From assembly GCA_964352625.1 (NCBI GenBank), contig CAYGSD010000008.1:61712-125711 (forward strand): a DNA stretch of 64,000 bases. The letters run 5' to 3'. A program made the translations under genes and the position numbers. Numbering within the stretch: position 1 is the stretch's first letter; the number at the start of each line of letters is the position of its first letter. The notes under the pieces are model-generated. The model was not told the DNA's origin and searched no databases. It saw nothing but the letters and a program-made list of their open reading frames with translations. Of this stretch, positions 50,612 through 60,801 are shown piece after piece. The stretch comes from an uncultured Roseivirgaceae bacterium (GTDB lineage Bacteria; Bacteroidota; Bacteroidia; Cytophagales; Cyclobacteriaceae).

Positions 50612-52882
50612 ATGTCCCAAGATCTCAACCTCTCCTACCTCGACGAACTAAATCCACCTCAAAAAGAAGGCGTCCTAACCACCGAAGGGCCTTGCATGCT
50701 TATAGCTGGTGCGGGTTCAGGAAAAACCAGAGTTCTAACCTATCGAATCGCTCACCTCATAAGCGAACACAATGTTGATCCATTCAACATTATGTCACTG
50801 ACGTTTACTAACAAAGCGGCGGCCGAAATGCGCCACAGGATTGAGAGTATTGTTGGCAATGAAGCTCGAAATCTTTGGATGGGTACGTTTCACTCGGTTT
50901 TTGCACGTATTCTCCGTGCCGAAGCTTCCAAACTTGGCTACCCAAGTAATTTCACCATATACGATACCGATGACTCTAAACAGCTCATCAAGCAAATCGT
51001 GAAGCAATTCAATCTGGATGACAAAATCTATAAACCCAACGTGGTTTATAATCGCATTTCAGCAGCTAAGAACAGGTTAGTCTCTTGGATGGATTACCAA
51101 AATAATCCAATCTATATGGAGGATGATGTCGCTAATCAGCGGCCAGAAATGGGAATGATTTATGAAACCTATGTAAAGCGATGTTTCAAATCAGACGCCA
51201 TGGATTTCGACGATCTGCTTTTCAACACAAATGTCCTTTTTCAGGAACATTTGGATGTTCTTAATAAATATCAGCAGCGATTCCATTACGTGCTCATTGA
51301 TGAGTTTCAGGACACGAATATTTCCCAATATTTGATTGCAAAAAAACTAGCCGCAGTGCGTAGAAATATTTGTGTTGTCGGTGATGATGCACAATCAATC
51401 TATGCGTTTAGAGGTGCAGATATTCAAAACATTCTGAATTTCGAAAAAGACTACCCTGAACTTCAGGTGATCAAACTAGAACAGAATTACCGATCGACGA
51501 AAACCATAGTGAATGCGGCCAACTCTGTAATTAACAAGAACAGAGCCCAATTGAAGAAGAGCGTTTGGACCGACAATGGGGATGGCGATTTAATCGAGTT
51601 GATAAAGGCCACCTCGGATAACGAGGAAGGTCGCTTGGTGGCCTCCTCTATTTTCGAGACCAAAATGAAGGATCACGCTTCTGAAAATCAGTTTGCCATT
51701 CTTTACAGAACCAACAGCCAATCACGCTCCATGGAAGAGGCTCTCCGAAGAATGAACATTAAGTATCGAGTAGTGGGTGGATTGTCCTTTTACCAACGAA
51801 AGGAAATCAAGGATGTCATTGCCTACTTGCGGTACACGGTGAATCCGAATGACGAGCAAGCCATGAGGCGAATCATTAATTATCCTAAAAGAGGAATCGG
51901 ACCTGGAACCATTGAAAAACTTGTGGTCACTGCCGCCGAACAAGACAAGCCTCTTTTTGATGTAATGGAAAAAGGGAGTTCCCTCATCGGTGGCAAAGGT
52001 GGATCACAAGTGGAAGCGTTTGCTACGCTCATCAAAAGCTTCAGGTTATCTGCGGACAAAAAGGATGCGTTCGAATTTGCCACTCAAGTAGCTAAGAGCT
52101 CCGGGATTCTCAAAGACCTTCACAGCGACAAGTCCATAGAAGGAATGAGTCGGTATGAAAACGTACAAGAATTACTTAACGCCATCAAAGAATTCACAGA
52201 TGATGCTGAGCGAGAAGACAAAAGCATATCCGCTTTTCTGCAGGATGTGGCACTTCTCACCGATGAGGACAGAAATGCCAAATCCGATGAAGCGGTGACA
52301 CTTATGACCGTGCACATGGCTAAAGGATTGGAATTTCCATATGTGTACATTGTAGGGCTTGAAGAAGACCTCTTTCCATCCCAAATGATGCTCAGCTCCA
52401 GAGCTGATTTGGAGGAAGAAAGAAGGCTTTTTTATGTAGCCATCACCCGCGCCAAAAAGAAACTCTTTTTTAGTTATGCGCTAAACCGATACCGATTTGG
52501 TCGACTGAAAAATTGTGATCCAAGTAGATTTTTGGATGATGTCGATCCTCAATTCATTCATGTTACAAGGAAGTTTAGACCAAAGGAAAATGTAATAGAG
52601 ACCCCTAACTACAGCACCAAGAGTTTCGTGCAAAATGTGAAACGAGATGCATCACAAAGAAAATTCACCAAACAGACCAACCACACCCCATCTCCAGACT
52701 TTCAGCCAAGCAATCCGGAACTCCTAGAACCTGGAAACAAGGTAGAGCACCCAAAATTTGGATTCGGGACAGTCACGGCATTGGACACAAACGGATCTAA
52801 CAAAAAGGCCAAAGTGAATTTTGATAAGGCTGGAGAAAAAACCCTGCTTTTGAGTTTCGCTAAGCTTCGGATCTTGGATTAA
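50612..52882 (+). CDS. UvrD/PcrA-type ATP-dependent DNA helicase.
   Basis: The translation has GAGSGKTRVL (Walker A) and DEFQDTN, plus a C-terminal Tudor-like tail. The size is 756 aa. Confidence 0.9.
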   Translation: MSQDLNLSYLDELNPPQKEGVLTTEGPCMLIAGAGSGKTRVLTYRIAHLISEHNVDPFNIMSLTFTNKAAAEMRHRIESIVGNEARNLWMGTFHSVFARILRAEASKLGYPSNFTIYDTDDSKQLIKQIVKQFNLDDKIYKPNVVYNRISAAKNRLVSWMDYQNNPIYMEDDVANQRPEMGMIYETYVKRCFKSDAMDFDDLLFNTNVLFQEHLDVLNKYQQRFHYVLIDEFQDTNISQYLIAKKLAAVRRNICVVGDDAQSIYAFRGADIQNILNFEKDYPELQVIKLEQNYRSTKTIVNAANSVINKNRAQLKKSVWTDNGDGDLIELIKATSDNEEGRLVASSIFETKMKDHASENQFAILYRTNSQSRSMEEALRRMNIKYRVVGGLSFYQRKEIKDVIAYLRYTVNPNDEQAMRRIINYPKRGIGPGTIEKLVVTAAEQDKPLFDVMEKGSSLIGGKGGSQVEAFATLIKSFRLSADKKDAFEFATQVAKSSGILKDLHSDKSIEGMSRYENVQELLNAIKEFTDDAEREDKSISAFLQDVALLTDEDRNAKSDEAVTLMTVHMAKGLEFPYVYIVGLEEDLFPSQMMLSSRADLEEERRLFYVAITRAKKKLFFSYALNRYRFGRLKNCDPSRFLDDVDPQFIHVTRKFRPKENVIETPNYSTKSFVQNVKRDASQRKFTKQTNHTPSPDFQPSNPELLEPGNKVEHPKFGFGTVTALDTNGSNKKAKVNFDKAGEKTLLLSFAKLRILD

Positions 52883-52987
52883 GTGCCTAAATAAAAACCT
52901 TCAAATTCCTCTATAGAAAGCTCCATTTCTCCGGCTTCATACAATTAATGTCCAATAGAATTAATAGTGATTTATCTTTCCGCTGCA

Positions 52988-54646
52988 ATGGGAAGACAGA
53001 AGGTACGCTATGATGAAATTTTGCCTGAGAAAAGCCAATGGCCAATTGTCAAGCTCTCGGAAAACAGGCAGGAATTTATTGAGTCGGTAACAAAGCAAAC
53101 ATTTGATGAACTCAATAAGTCGGGCTTGACTCCAAGAGAACTTTTGGAAACCACCTTATACAAGGAAAAAATTCGAATGAGAGCTAATCCTTGGAAAGTG
53201 GATCCAAAGGATGACAAAAGCTTTTGGAATGGCGTCAGCTCACAGCTTTCGGATTATGAACAGCTAGAAGGAAAAGAAAGAAGTGAGAAAGAAAGTGCTC
53301 TGCTCATTAAAATCATAGACCGATACGGTTTCGAAATTGCCGGAAACTTCAAAAAAACCTATTATCGCTTTGCTCGGGCGTTTGTCACATTCGGTTTCGC
53401 TCGTTTATTGAATGCCGCAAGAGTCAAAGGTTTCAGAGCCATATTTAGCCGCCAGCTAGACCTTCAAGATAAGATTCACGTGGTAGGTGAAACGGAGCAT
53501 ATCAGAGAGCTGGCCCGACGTGGAACAGTCGTGATGGTCCCCACCCATTTCAGCAACCTCGACAGTATATTGATTGGCTGGGTGATACAACATTTGGGAC
53601 TTCCAGCTTTCATTTATGGTGCCGGACTGAACCTCTTCAATATTAAGATCCTTGCCTACTTCATGAATAGCCTTGGCGCCTATAAAGTGGATCGAAGAAA
53701 AAGGAATCCTATTTATTTAGAGACACTCAAAAATTACTCAAAGTATGCACTCATGGAAGGAGCACATAGTTTGTTCTTCCCTGGTGGCACAAGATCGAGA
53801 TCAGGTGAAATCGAAAAGACATTAAAGCTTGGCCTTCTGGGAACGGCAATAGAAGCTCAGCGTGCACTTTTTCAATCTGGTAGCGAAAAGAAGATTTTTA
53901 TTGTCCCCGTGGTAATCAACTATCATTTCACTTTGGAGGCTCCTGCTCTCATACGAGAGCACTTGAAGAAAACAGGGCAAGAGCGATTTTACCAAGAGGC
54001 TGATGAGTTTACAAACTCTTACAAAATGGCCACTTTCATGCTCAAATTCTTCACAAAGGGTTCGGACATTTCAGTGAGCATTGGCAAAGGAATGGACGTG
54101 CTCGGCAACTATGTGGACATGGAAGGCAACAGTCTTGATATGAAAGGGAATCCCATTCACACCAAGGACTATTTCATAAGTGATGGCACGGTAAATATGA
54201 ATACCCAACGTGAGAACGAGTATGTGCGGATTTTGTCGGGTCGAATTGTGGAAGAGTATCACAAATACAACCGGGTGTTTGCAAGTCATTTGGTGGCATA
54301 CACAGCCTTCAAAATGCTCGAAAGAAAGAACCCCACTCTTGATTTGTATGCCGTTCTTCGGCTTGGAGATGAAGACTTAGAATTGGACTATGAAGAATTC
54401 AAGGAAGCTTACAAACTACTGAGGGATCACATCATTGAACTGAACAAGAAAGGAAAAGTAGACGTGGCAGATCATATGCGAGAGCGAGCCACAATCTCTA
54501 TAAATGACGGACTGGCGAATGTAGGGATGTATCATGCCCAGCGACCACTTGTACACAAGGGTGATAAAATCATCATCCAAGACACGAATACACTTTATTA
54601 CTATCACAATCGCATGGAGGGCTATGGTCTTGAAAAATTCATCTAG
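52988..54646 (+). CDS. PlsB-like glycerol-3-phosphate / lysophospholipid acyltransferase.
   Basis: The translation has an H(x)4D motif (HFSNLD) and a PGGTRSRSG block. The start is set at MGRQK, because the track ORF starts at a GTG. Confidence 0.65.
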   Translation: MGRQKVRYDEILPEKSQWPIVKLSENRQEFIESVTKQTFDELNKSGLTPRELLETTLYKEKIRMRANPWKVDPKDDKSFWNGVSSQLSDYEQLEGKERSEKESALLIKIIDRYGFEIAGNFKKTYYRFARAFVTFGFARLLNAARVKGFRAIFSRQLDLQDKIHVVGETEHIRELARRGTVVMVPTHFSNLDSILIGWVIQHLGLPAFIYGAGLNLFNIKILAYFMNSLGAYKVDRRKRNPIYLETLKNYSKYALMEGAHSLFFPGGTRSRSGEIEKTLKLGLLGTAIEAQRALFQSGSEKKIFIVPVVINYHFTLEAPALIREHLKKTGQERFYQEADEFTNSYKMATFMLKFFTKGSDISVSIGKGMDVLGNYVDMEGNSLDMKGNPIHTKDYFISDGTVNMNTQRENEYVRILSGRIVEEYHKYNRVFASHLVAYTAFKMLERKNPTLDLYAVLRLGDEDLELDYEEFKEAYKLLRDHIIELNKKGKVDVADHMRERATISINDGLANVGMYHAQRPLVHKGDKIIIQDTNTLYYYHNRMEGYGLEKFI

Positions 54647-55661
54647 ACCGGTAGGAGTGATCGGAGCAGGTAGCTTTGGCACTGCTATCGCGAATCTGCT
54701 TGCGAAAAATACGGATAACATATTGTTGTACGTCCGTGATCCTGAAAAATGGAAGGACATGACTGAGACTCGAATCAGTTCAGGGCAGAAACTTTCAGAC
54801 AAAATCAAACCAATAAATTCCTACGATCAACTGGGAGAATGTCATGTGATTTTCCCTGCAGTCCCTTCATCGGCATTTAGAAAAATGATGCAGGATTTAT
54901 CCCCGCATTTAAGACCGTACCATATCATCATCCATGGCACCAAAGGATTTGACCTAACCAACCCCAAAAATGAGCCGCTTAGCCGAGAACATGTGAAAAC
55001 CATGAGCGAAGTGATCAAAGAGGAAAGTTCAGTATTGAGGGTTGGGTGCATGGCTGGGCCAAATCTTGCCAAAGAAATTGCGGAAGGAAAGCCAGCTGCC
55101 ACCGTAGTTGCGTCACAATTTGATGAAGTGGTAGAGATTGGCCAAAAACTTCTGAGGAATGATAATTTTCTGGTTTATGGAGGTAGAGATCTTAAGGGAA
55201 CTGAGCTTTGCGGTATCCTAAAAAACATTATCGCTATTGGAGCCGGACTTGTTTCAGGGCTCGGGTTGGGTGAAAATTCCAAGGCATTATTGATAAGTCG
55301 CGGCTTGGTCGAAATGATTTATATCGGCAAAAAATTTGGCGCTGATGTGAAGCCATTTCTTGGTCTAGCGGGTGTTGGAGATTTGATTGCGACCTGTGGG
55401 TCCACGAAAAGTCGGAATTTCTCCGTTGGTGAAAAACTGGCTCAAGGCCTAAAGATTGATCAAATTCTAACCAAAATGGAAGAGGTAGCAGAGGGCGTGA
55501 AGACTATCCAGATCGTGCATCAGCTATCCGATGTGTACGGCTACCGATCCATTATCACCGACATGCTCTACAAGATTATCTTTCAGGACTTGTCCATTCC
55601 GGAGGCGCAGAATCTGCTCATGAAACTTCCGTTCCGTCAAGAGGTAGAATTTTTGGATTGA
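54624..55661 (+). CDS. gpsA: NAD(P)H-dependent glycerol-3-phosphate dehydrogenase.
   Basis: The translation has VIGAGSFGTAIA. The start is set at MVLKNSSRPVGVIGAG. There is a 23-nt overlap with the acyltransferase gene. Confidence 0.9.
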   Translation: MVLKNSSRPVGVIGAGSFGTAIANLLAKNTDNILLYVRDPEKWKDMTETRISSGQKLSDKIKPINSYDQLGECHVIFPAVPSSAFRKMMQDLSPHLRPYHIIIHGTKGFDLTNPKNEPLSREHVKTMSEVIKEESSVLRVGCMAGPNLAKEIAEGKPAATVVASQFDEVVEIGQKLLRNDNFLVYGGRDLKGTELCGILKNIIAIGAGLVSGLGLGENSKALLISRGLVEMIYIGKKFGADVKPFLGLAGVGDLIATCGSTKSRNFSVGEKLAQGLKIDQILTKMEEVAEGVKTIQIVHQLSDVYGYRSIITDMLYKIIFQDLSIPEAQNLLMKLPFRQEVEFLD

Positions 55662-55772
55662 CAAGTCCAATTGTCCCGAAACGTACAAAAGAAATTTTAA
55701 AAGGCATTTGCTCAAACTATCCCAATTATCTTTGCGTTCCAATATCACTTGTTACAATCAAAAAGTACACGA

Positions 55773-56096
55773 ATGTCAAAACCATTAGAAATAACAGACA
55801 GTAATTTCAACGACGTATTAAATTCGGATCAGCCAGTATTGGTTGATTTTTGGGCCGAATGGTGTGGTCCATGTAAGATGATCGGACCTGTTGTGGAAGA
55901 GTTAGCAGCAGATTATGAAGGAAAAGCTGTAATTGGTAAGGTAGATGTGGATGCAAATCCAGAAGTTTCTGCTAAATTTGGAATACGCTCTATCCCAACA
56001 CTCTTAGTTTTCAAAAACGGAGAGATCGTGGATAAGCAAATTGGAGCCGTACCCAAAGCAGTTCTGAGCGACAAGCTCGATGCGCAATTGGCGTAG
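55773..56096 (+). CDS. trxA: Thioredoxin.
   Basis: The WCGPC active site is present. The start is set at MSKPLEI, giving 107 aa. Confidence 0.9.
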   Translation: MSKPLEITDSNFNDVLNSDQPVLVDFWAEWCGPCKMIGPVVEELAADYEGKAVIGKVDVDANPEVSAKFGIRSIPTLLVFKNGEIVDKQIGAVPKAVLSDKLDAQLA

Positions 56097-56119
56097 TAGA
56101 CTGTTTTTTCATAGTGAGT

Positions 56120-56152
56120 GAGACCCGGATGCAATGCATTCGGGTTTTTTTA
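56120..56152 (+). terminator. Rho-independent terminator after trxA.
   Basis: cccggatgcaatgcattcggg is followed by a T7 run. Confidence 0.7.
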
Positions 56153-56165
56153 TGGTAAATTGTTT

Positions 56166-57575
56166 ATGGCTAAAAAATTCAAAATGTCTCGACTATATCC
56201 TTATCTGTTCGCCCTTCTTTTTACCGCTTCTTGCGGGGACAAGGATATCAACAACAATAAAAATGGAAATTCGAAAGATCCCAACTTCGCTGTGGATATT
56301 GGAGCCAGTCAGATTCCATACGTAGTGATTGATACCGATGAAGGCATAGTAAATGAACCAAAAGTAGGCGCTTTACTTCAAGTCTATGTTGAAAAGGAAC
56401 TGGTTCAAGAACAACGAATAGGAATTGAATACAGAGGATCTACATCCTATAGACTTTCAGATAAAAAATCATTCGGAATAGAGGCATGGGATGCTGCAGG
56501 CAATGATTTGGATGTTTCCTTCTTCGGAATGCCAGCAGAAGAAGATTGGATTCTTAATGGACATGTCGTCAATAGCTCTGAAATATGGGACCCTTCTATG
56601 ATGCGACACCTTCTGGCCTATGAGTTGTATCGCAACATGGGCAACTATTCCAGCAGAACCCAGCTCGTCGAACTAGAAGTAAACGGAACATACTTGGGTG
56701 TTTACGTTTTCATGGAAAAATTGAAAAGGGATAATAACAGAATTGCAATTTCCAAACTTGAAGCTACGGATAGTGATATCACCGGTGGCTATGTTTTGAA
56801 AATAGACAAAACCACTGGTGAAAATTGGGAAGATGACGCCAAGTATACGGCCATCAATAGCTTCAGATCTAGATACAACACGCAGGGAGACGTCTTACTA
56901 GGGCCTCCGTATGGTTCAAAATTCGGTGAAGAAACCTACTTTCTCTACGACTACCCCAAAGCAATCGAAATAACTGCCGATCAAAAGAATTACATCAGTG
57001 GGTACATAGATGATTTTGAGGCTGCCCTCTTGGCTGATGATTTTGAAAATGAAAATCGTACCTATACCGACTACATAGATGTCAGAAGTTTCGTTGATCT
57101 GTTCATCATTAATGAGCTCTGCCGAAATGTTGATGGCTATAGGTTGAGCACTTTCCTATACAAGGACAAAGGTGGAAAACTCAATGTTGGCCCACCGTGG
57201 GATTTTAATATTGGTTTTGATTACGGTGATGGACGTGTAGCGTGGGATGATTGGGTAATCAATTATAATACTAGCAATGGAAGTGATGCCTGGCTCATAC
57301 ATTTTTGGTGGCCGAGACTCCTAGAGGATCCAGTTTTCAGGTCTGCCGTAAAAACTCGTTGGGAAAGTCTAAGATCAAGTGTGCTAAGCGACGCATCTAT
57401 CATCAATGAAATTGATCAGCATGCTGATTATCTGATTGAGAACTTAGCAGTGGAAAGGAATTATGCAAAATGGGATCCCAATGGAATGGTGAACTACTCG
57501 ACTAGCATCGAAAGTTTGAAAGCATTCTTGGATTTTCGCGCTGACTGGATGGATGCCGAGATCGCAAACTTCTAA
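56166..57575 (+). CDS. CotH kinase family lipoprotein.
   Basis: The start is set at MAKKFKM, downstream of the trxA terminator. There is a lipoprotein signal (TASCG) and a CotH-like core. Confidence 0.65.
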   Translation: MAKKFKMSRLYPYLFALLFTASCGDKDINNNKNGNSKDPNFAVDIGASQIPYVVIDTDEGIVNEPKVGALLQVYVEKELVQEQRIGIEYRGSTSYRLSDKKSFGIEAWDAAGNDLDVSFFGMPAEEDWILNGHVVNSSEIWDPSMMRHLLAYELYRNMGNYSSRTQLVELEVNGTYLGVYVFMEKLKRDNNRIAISKLEATDSDITGGYVLKIDKTTGENWEDDAKYTAINSFRSRYNTQGDVLLGPPYGSKFGEETYFLYDYPKAIEITADQKNYISGYIDDFEAALLADDFENENRTYTDYIDVRSFVDLFIINELCRNVDGYRLSTFLYKDKGGKLNVGPPWDFNIGFDYGDGRVAWDDWVINYNTSNGSDAWLIHFWWPRLLEDPVFRSAVKTRWESLRSSVLSDASIINEIDQHADYLIENLAVERNYAKWDPNGMVNYSTSIESLKAFLDFRADWMDAEIANF

Positions 57576-58798
57576 ATTCTGGCGGCCATCAGCAGGTTTA
57601 AGTCCTTGTAAGGGATGTTGAACTTTTTGGCCAAGCCAAGATTTGTCAAACTACCACGGTAGGTGTAAACACCTTTTCTAAACCAGGGATTTACATAAAT
57701 CATATCATCCATTCCCCCCTCTTCACCTATTCGTAAGACGATAGAGGTCAGGATGTTAGAGATAGCAATAGAGGCCGTCCTGGCCACCCTCGAAGCAATA
57801 TTCGGCACGCAGTAGTGAATAACCCCATACTTCTCAAAGACAGGTTTGATGTGGCTCGTCATTTCAGATGTTTCCACGCATCCTCCTTGATCGATGCTTA
57901 CATCAATTATTACCGCTCCCTGCTTCATCATCTGCACCATTTCTTCCGTGATCACGCATCGACTTCTCCCCTTTTCAGGTCGCAGAGCACCAATGAGCAC
58001 ATCTGCATCCTTGACCGAATCCGTGAGTGCGGCATGATCAAATGTGGACGTGTACACCTGATGACCAAGCGTCTGTTTTATTCTCCTGAGCTTATAAATG
58101 TGATCGTCGAAAATCCGTATATCAACGCCCAATCCAAGCGCGGCTCTGGCAGCAAATTCTGACACAGTCCCCGCTCCGATTATCATTACCTTGGTTGGTG
58201 GAACTCCAGTCACGCCTCCTAAAATCACTCCCTGCCCCTTGTTTGGGCTCGCTAGATATTCGCCTGCTATCTGAAGTACCGTGCTACCGGCAATCTCACT
58301 CATGGCCCTTACCAGCGGCAACCCACCCACTTTGTCTTCCAGAAATTCATAGCCGATTGCGGTTGTCCTCTTTTTACAAAGTGCCTCAATAAACGATACC
58401 GACTGACTCCCGCCCTGAAAAGCCGACACGAGTGTCCCAGATGGTTTCAACAGTTCCGTCTCTTTAGAGGACGGTGGTTCAACCTTCAACAATATGTCTG
58501 TGCTAAAAACTCGGGGCACATCATCGGTGATTTCACCACCTGCCTCGCTATACTGGGTGTCAGAGTAGCCTGCCGAAACGCCCGCCCCTCGCTGAACTAA
58601 AACATTGTGACCATTCGCCACCAATACTTGCACGGCTTCTGGCTTCAGCGCCACGCGATTTTCTTGATTGGAATTTTCTACAGGAAGCCCAATGTTTAAC
58701 TGGTTATTACTCTTGCGAATTTTCGCAGGTGCCTCCTGAGGATAAAGGCTTTGCTCCTTGGCCAGCTGCTCAAATCCCCTAATTTCCTTCTTTGCCAT
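57572..58798 (-). CDS. ald: Alanine dehydrogenase family protein.
   Basis: The translation has ENRVAL near the N-terminus and a Rossmann VMIIGAGTVS motif. There is a ~33-aa N-terminal extension relative to classical AlaDH. Confidence 0.7.
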   Translation of the reverse strand: MAKKEIRGFEQLAKEQSLYPQEAPAKIRKSNNQLNIGLPVENSNQENRVALKPEAVQVLVANGHNVLVQRGAGVSAGYSDTQYSEAGGEITDDVPRVFSTDILLKVEPPSSKETELLKPSGTLVSAFQGGSQSVSFIEALCKKRTTAIGYEFLEDKVGGLPLVRAMSEIAGSTVLQIAGEYLASPNKGQGVILGGVTGVPPTKVMIIGAGTVSEFAARAALGLGVDIRIFDDHIYKLRRIKQTLGHQVYTSTFDHAALTDSVKDADVLIGALRPEKGRSRCVITEEMVQMMKQGAVIIDVSIDQGGCVETSEMTSHIKPVFEKYGVIHYCVPNIASRVARTASIAISNILTSIVLRIGEEGGMDDMIYVNPWFRKGVYTYRGSLTNLGLAKKFNIPYKDLNLLMAARI

Positions 58799-59210
58799 GC
58801 TCGATTAGCTTGATTTTGCGACGGTCGCTATCGACTAAATTAATGATAATTTCTACGCGATCATCAGGAAGTAATCCGGCCACTTTCTCCGGCCATTCAA
58901 TGAAACAATAATTTCCAGAATAGAAATATTCCTCTGCGCCGATTTCTCTGGCCTCATCCTCGTCTTTTATTCGATAAAAATCGAAGTGATAGACACTCTC
59001 ATTTTCCTTATCTGAATACTCGTTCACGATCGAAAAAGTAGGTGAACTCATGGCATCTTGCACGCCAAGTTGGTCACAAATAGCTTTGATTAGCGTGGTT
59101 TTACCAGCTCCCATCTCACCCCGAAAACACCAGACTGATTTGTCACTTGCCAGAGCCAAAAGCTGATTGGAAACCGGGACCAAATCCGAGAGATTATTCA
59201 ATTCGATCAT
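58779..59210 (-). CDS. tsaE: tRNA t6A37 biosynthesis protein TsaE.
   Basis: The translation has a GEMGAGKTT P-loop. The size is 143 aa. Confidence 0.85.
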   Translation of the reverse strand: MIELNNLSDLVPVSNQLLALASDKSVWCFRGEMGAGKTTLIKAICDQLGVQDAMSSPTFSIVNEYSDKENESVYHFDFYRIKDEDEAREIGAEEYFYSGNYCFIEWPEKVAGLLPDDRVEIIINLVDSDRRKIKLIEHGKEGN

Positions 59211-60760
59211 CCACGCGAAGATAGCGTGATGAAAGGAACGATCATCTCCTCCATGCTAATTCCGCCATGCTGAAAAGTGTCCCTGTAGTGTCGAGCATAA
59301 TGATTGAAATTATTGGGATAGGCAAAAAAGGTTGTTCCATGAGTGAAAGCAAATGAGGTGCTCACATTCACTTTTGGCAAGCCAATGAGTTCTGGTTTGG
59401 TCACATGGAAACATTTCTTGGTGTCCACAGCGAGGTTCTTTCCTTGCTTGTACCTGAGGTTAGTATTCACATCTCGGTCTCCAACAATTTTAAGTGGGTT
59501 CTTGACTCTAATTGTTCCATGATCTGTAGTGATCATCACCTTGACTTTCTGTTCTGAAAGCAACTTCAGGGTTTCGTACAAGTTGGAATGCAAAAACCAG
59601 GATTTGGTCAGGGATCTATACGCCGATTCATCAGGAGCTAATTCCTGAATCATTCGCATATCTGTGCGAGCATGCGAAAGCATATCTACAAAATTGTATA
59701 CCAAAACATTGAAAGGGTTTTGGAGCAAGTCAGACAGGTGCTCTGTGACTTGCTTTCCTTCATTCACGTTTAAGATTTTTCGATACGTTGACTTCACATT
59801 CAGCCCCGATCTATCAAGATTCCTCTTCAGCAACTCATGCTCAAATTTGTTTTTCCCGTCCTCCTCATCTTCTCCAACCCAATATTCAGCATCCCGCTTG
59901 CTTATGTCAAGTGGTAGCAATCCAGCAAATAGAGAATTTCTTGCATAGGAAGTGGTCGTTGGCAAAATGGAATAGTAATAATCCTGCTCTTTGATAGTGA
60001 ACATCTCGGCTATGTCCGGCTCCAACTCCTCCCATTGATCAAATCTTAGATTGTCAATAACTATTAAGAATACTGGCTCCTCGGCAATTTCCGGGAAGAC
60101 CTTCTTCTGAAGCACGCGATGCGAAAGCATGGGTCTCGGCGAATTTGGCTCTTGAATCCACCCCTGATAATTATCCATCACAAATTGCGAAAAATAATCA
60201 TTCGCCTCCGTCCACTGCATATCGAGCACCTCGCGCATACTCTTGTCCTCGCTTCGGTCAATTTCAATATTCCAATAAAGAAGTTTTTGGTAGAGTTCCG
60301 CCCATTCTGCATGACCGTCCACCTCGCCCAATGCTATACTTAACTCTTGGAATTCCCTCTGATAGCCAATATTTGTTCGGTCAGAAATCAGTCTTTTATT
60401 GTCCAAAATTTTCTTAGCAGAAAGAAGAATCTGATTCGGGTTCACTGGCTTGATCAGGTAATCCGCGATTTTGGACCCGATCGCCTCCTCCATTATGGCC
60501 TCCTCTTCATTCTTGGTGATCATCACCACGGGCACATTCGGATGCGTTGACTTGATGTAATTAAGCGTCTCCAACCCGCTCATACCCGGCATATGTTCGT
60601 CCAGAAAAACAAGGTCAAACTCGTTGTGATCAATTTGCTCCAAGGCGTCCGATCCGCTATTCACCGGAGTAATGGCGTACCCTTTTCCCTCCAGAAAAAG
60701 AATATGCGGTTTCAGCAAATCAATCTCATCATCGGCCCAAAGAATTCTATTTTTCTGCAT
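59207..60760 (-). CDS. porX: Response regulator with PglZ (alkaline-phosphatase-like) output domain; PorX-like.
   Basis: There is an N-terminal CheY receiver (ILWADDE...DLVFLDEHMPGMSG). The C-terminal ~350 aa are PglZ-like. The 517-aa size matches PorX. Confidence 0.6.
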   Translation of the reverse strand: MQKNRILWADDEIDLLKPHILFLEGKGYAITPVNSGSDALEQIDHNEFDLVFLDEHMPGMSGLETLNYIKSTHPNVPVVMITKNEEEAIMEEAIGSKIADYLIKPVNPNQILLSAKKILDNKRLISDRTNIGYQREFQELSIALGEVDGHAEWAELYQKLLYWNIEIDRSEDKSMREVLDMQWTEANDYFSQFVMDNYQGWIQEPNSPRPMLSHRVLQKKVFPEIAEEPVFLIVIDNLRFDQWEELEPDIAEMFTIKEQDYYYSILPTTTSYARNSLFAGLLPLDISKRDAEYWVGEDEEDGKNKFEHELLKRNLDRSGLNVKSTYRKILNVNEGKQVTEHLSDLLQNPFNVLVYNFVDMLSHARTDMRMIQELAPDESAYRSLTKSWFLHSNLYETLKLLSEQKVKVMITTDHGTIRVKNPLKIVGDRDVNTNLRYKQGKNLAVDTKKCFHVTKPELIGLPKVNVSTSFAFTHGTTFFAYPNNFNHYARHYRDTFQHGGISMEEMIVPFITLSSRG

Positions 60761-60801
60761 TGACGTAGCTTTATGCCTTCAAGTTATATCACCTACTTAG
60801 C

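Noticed and set aside
56118-56165. The ORF-track start of the CotH gene at 56118.
   Set aside because: That extension runs through the trxA intrinsic terminator hairpin. The downstream ATG at 56166 gives a proper lipoprotein signal.
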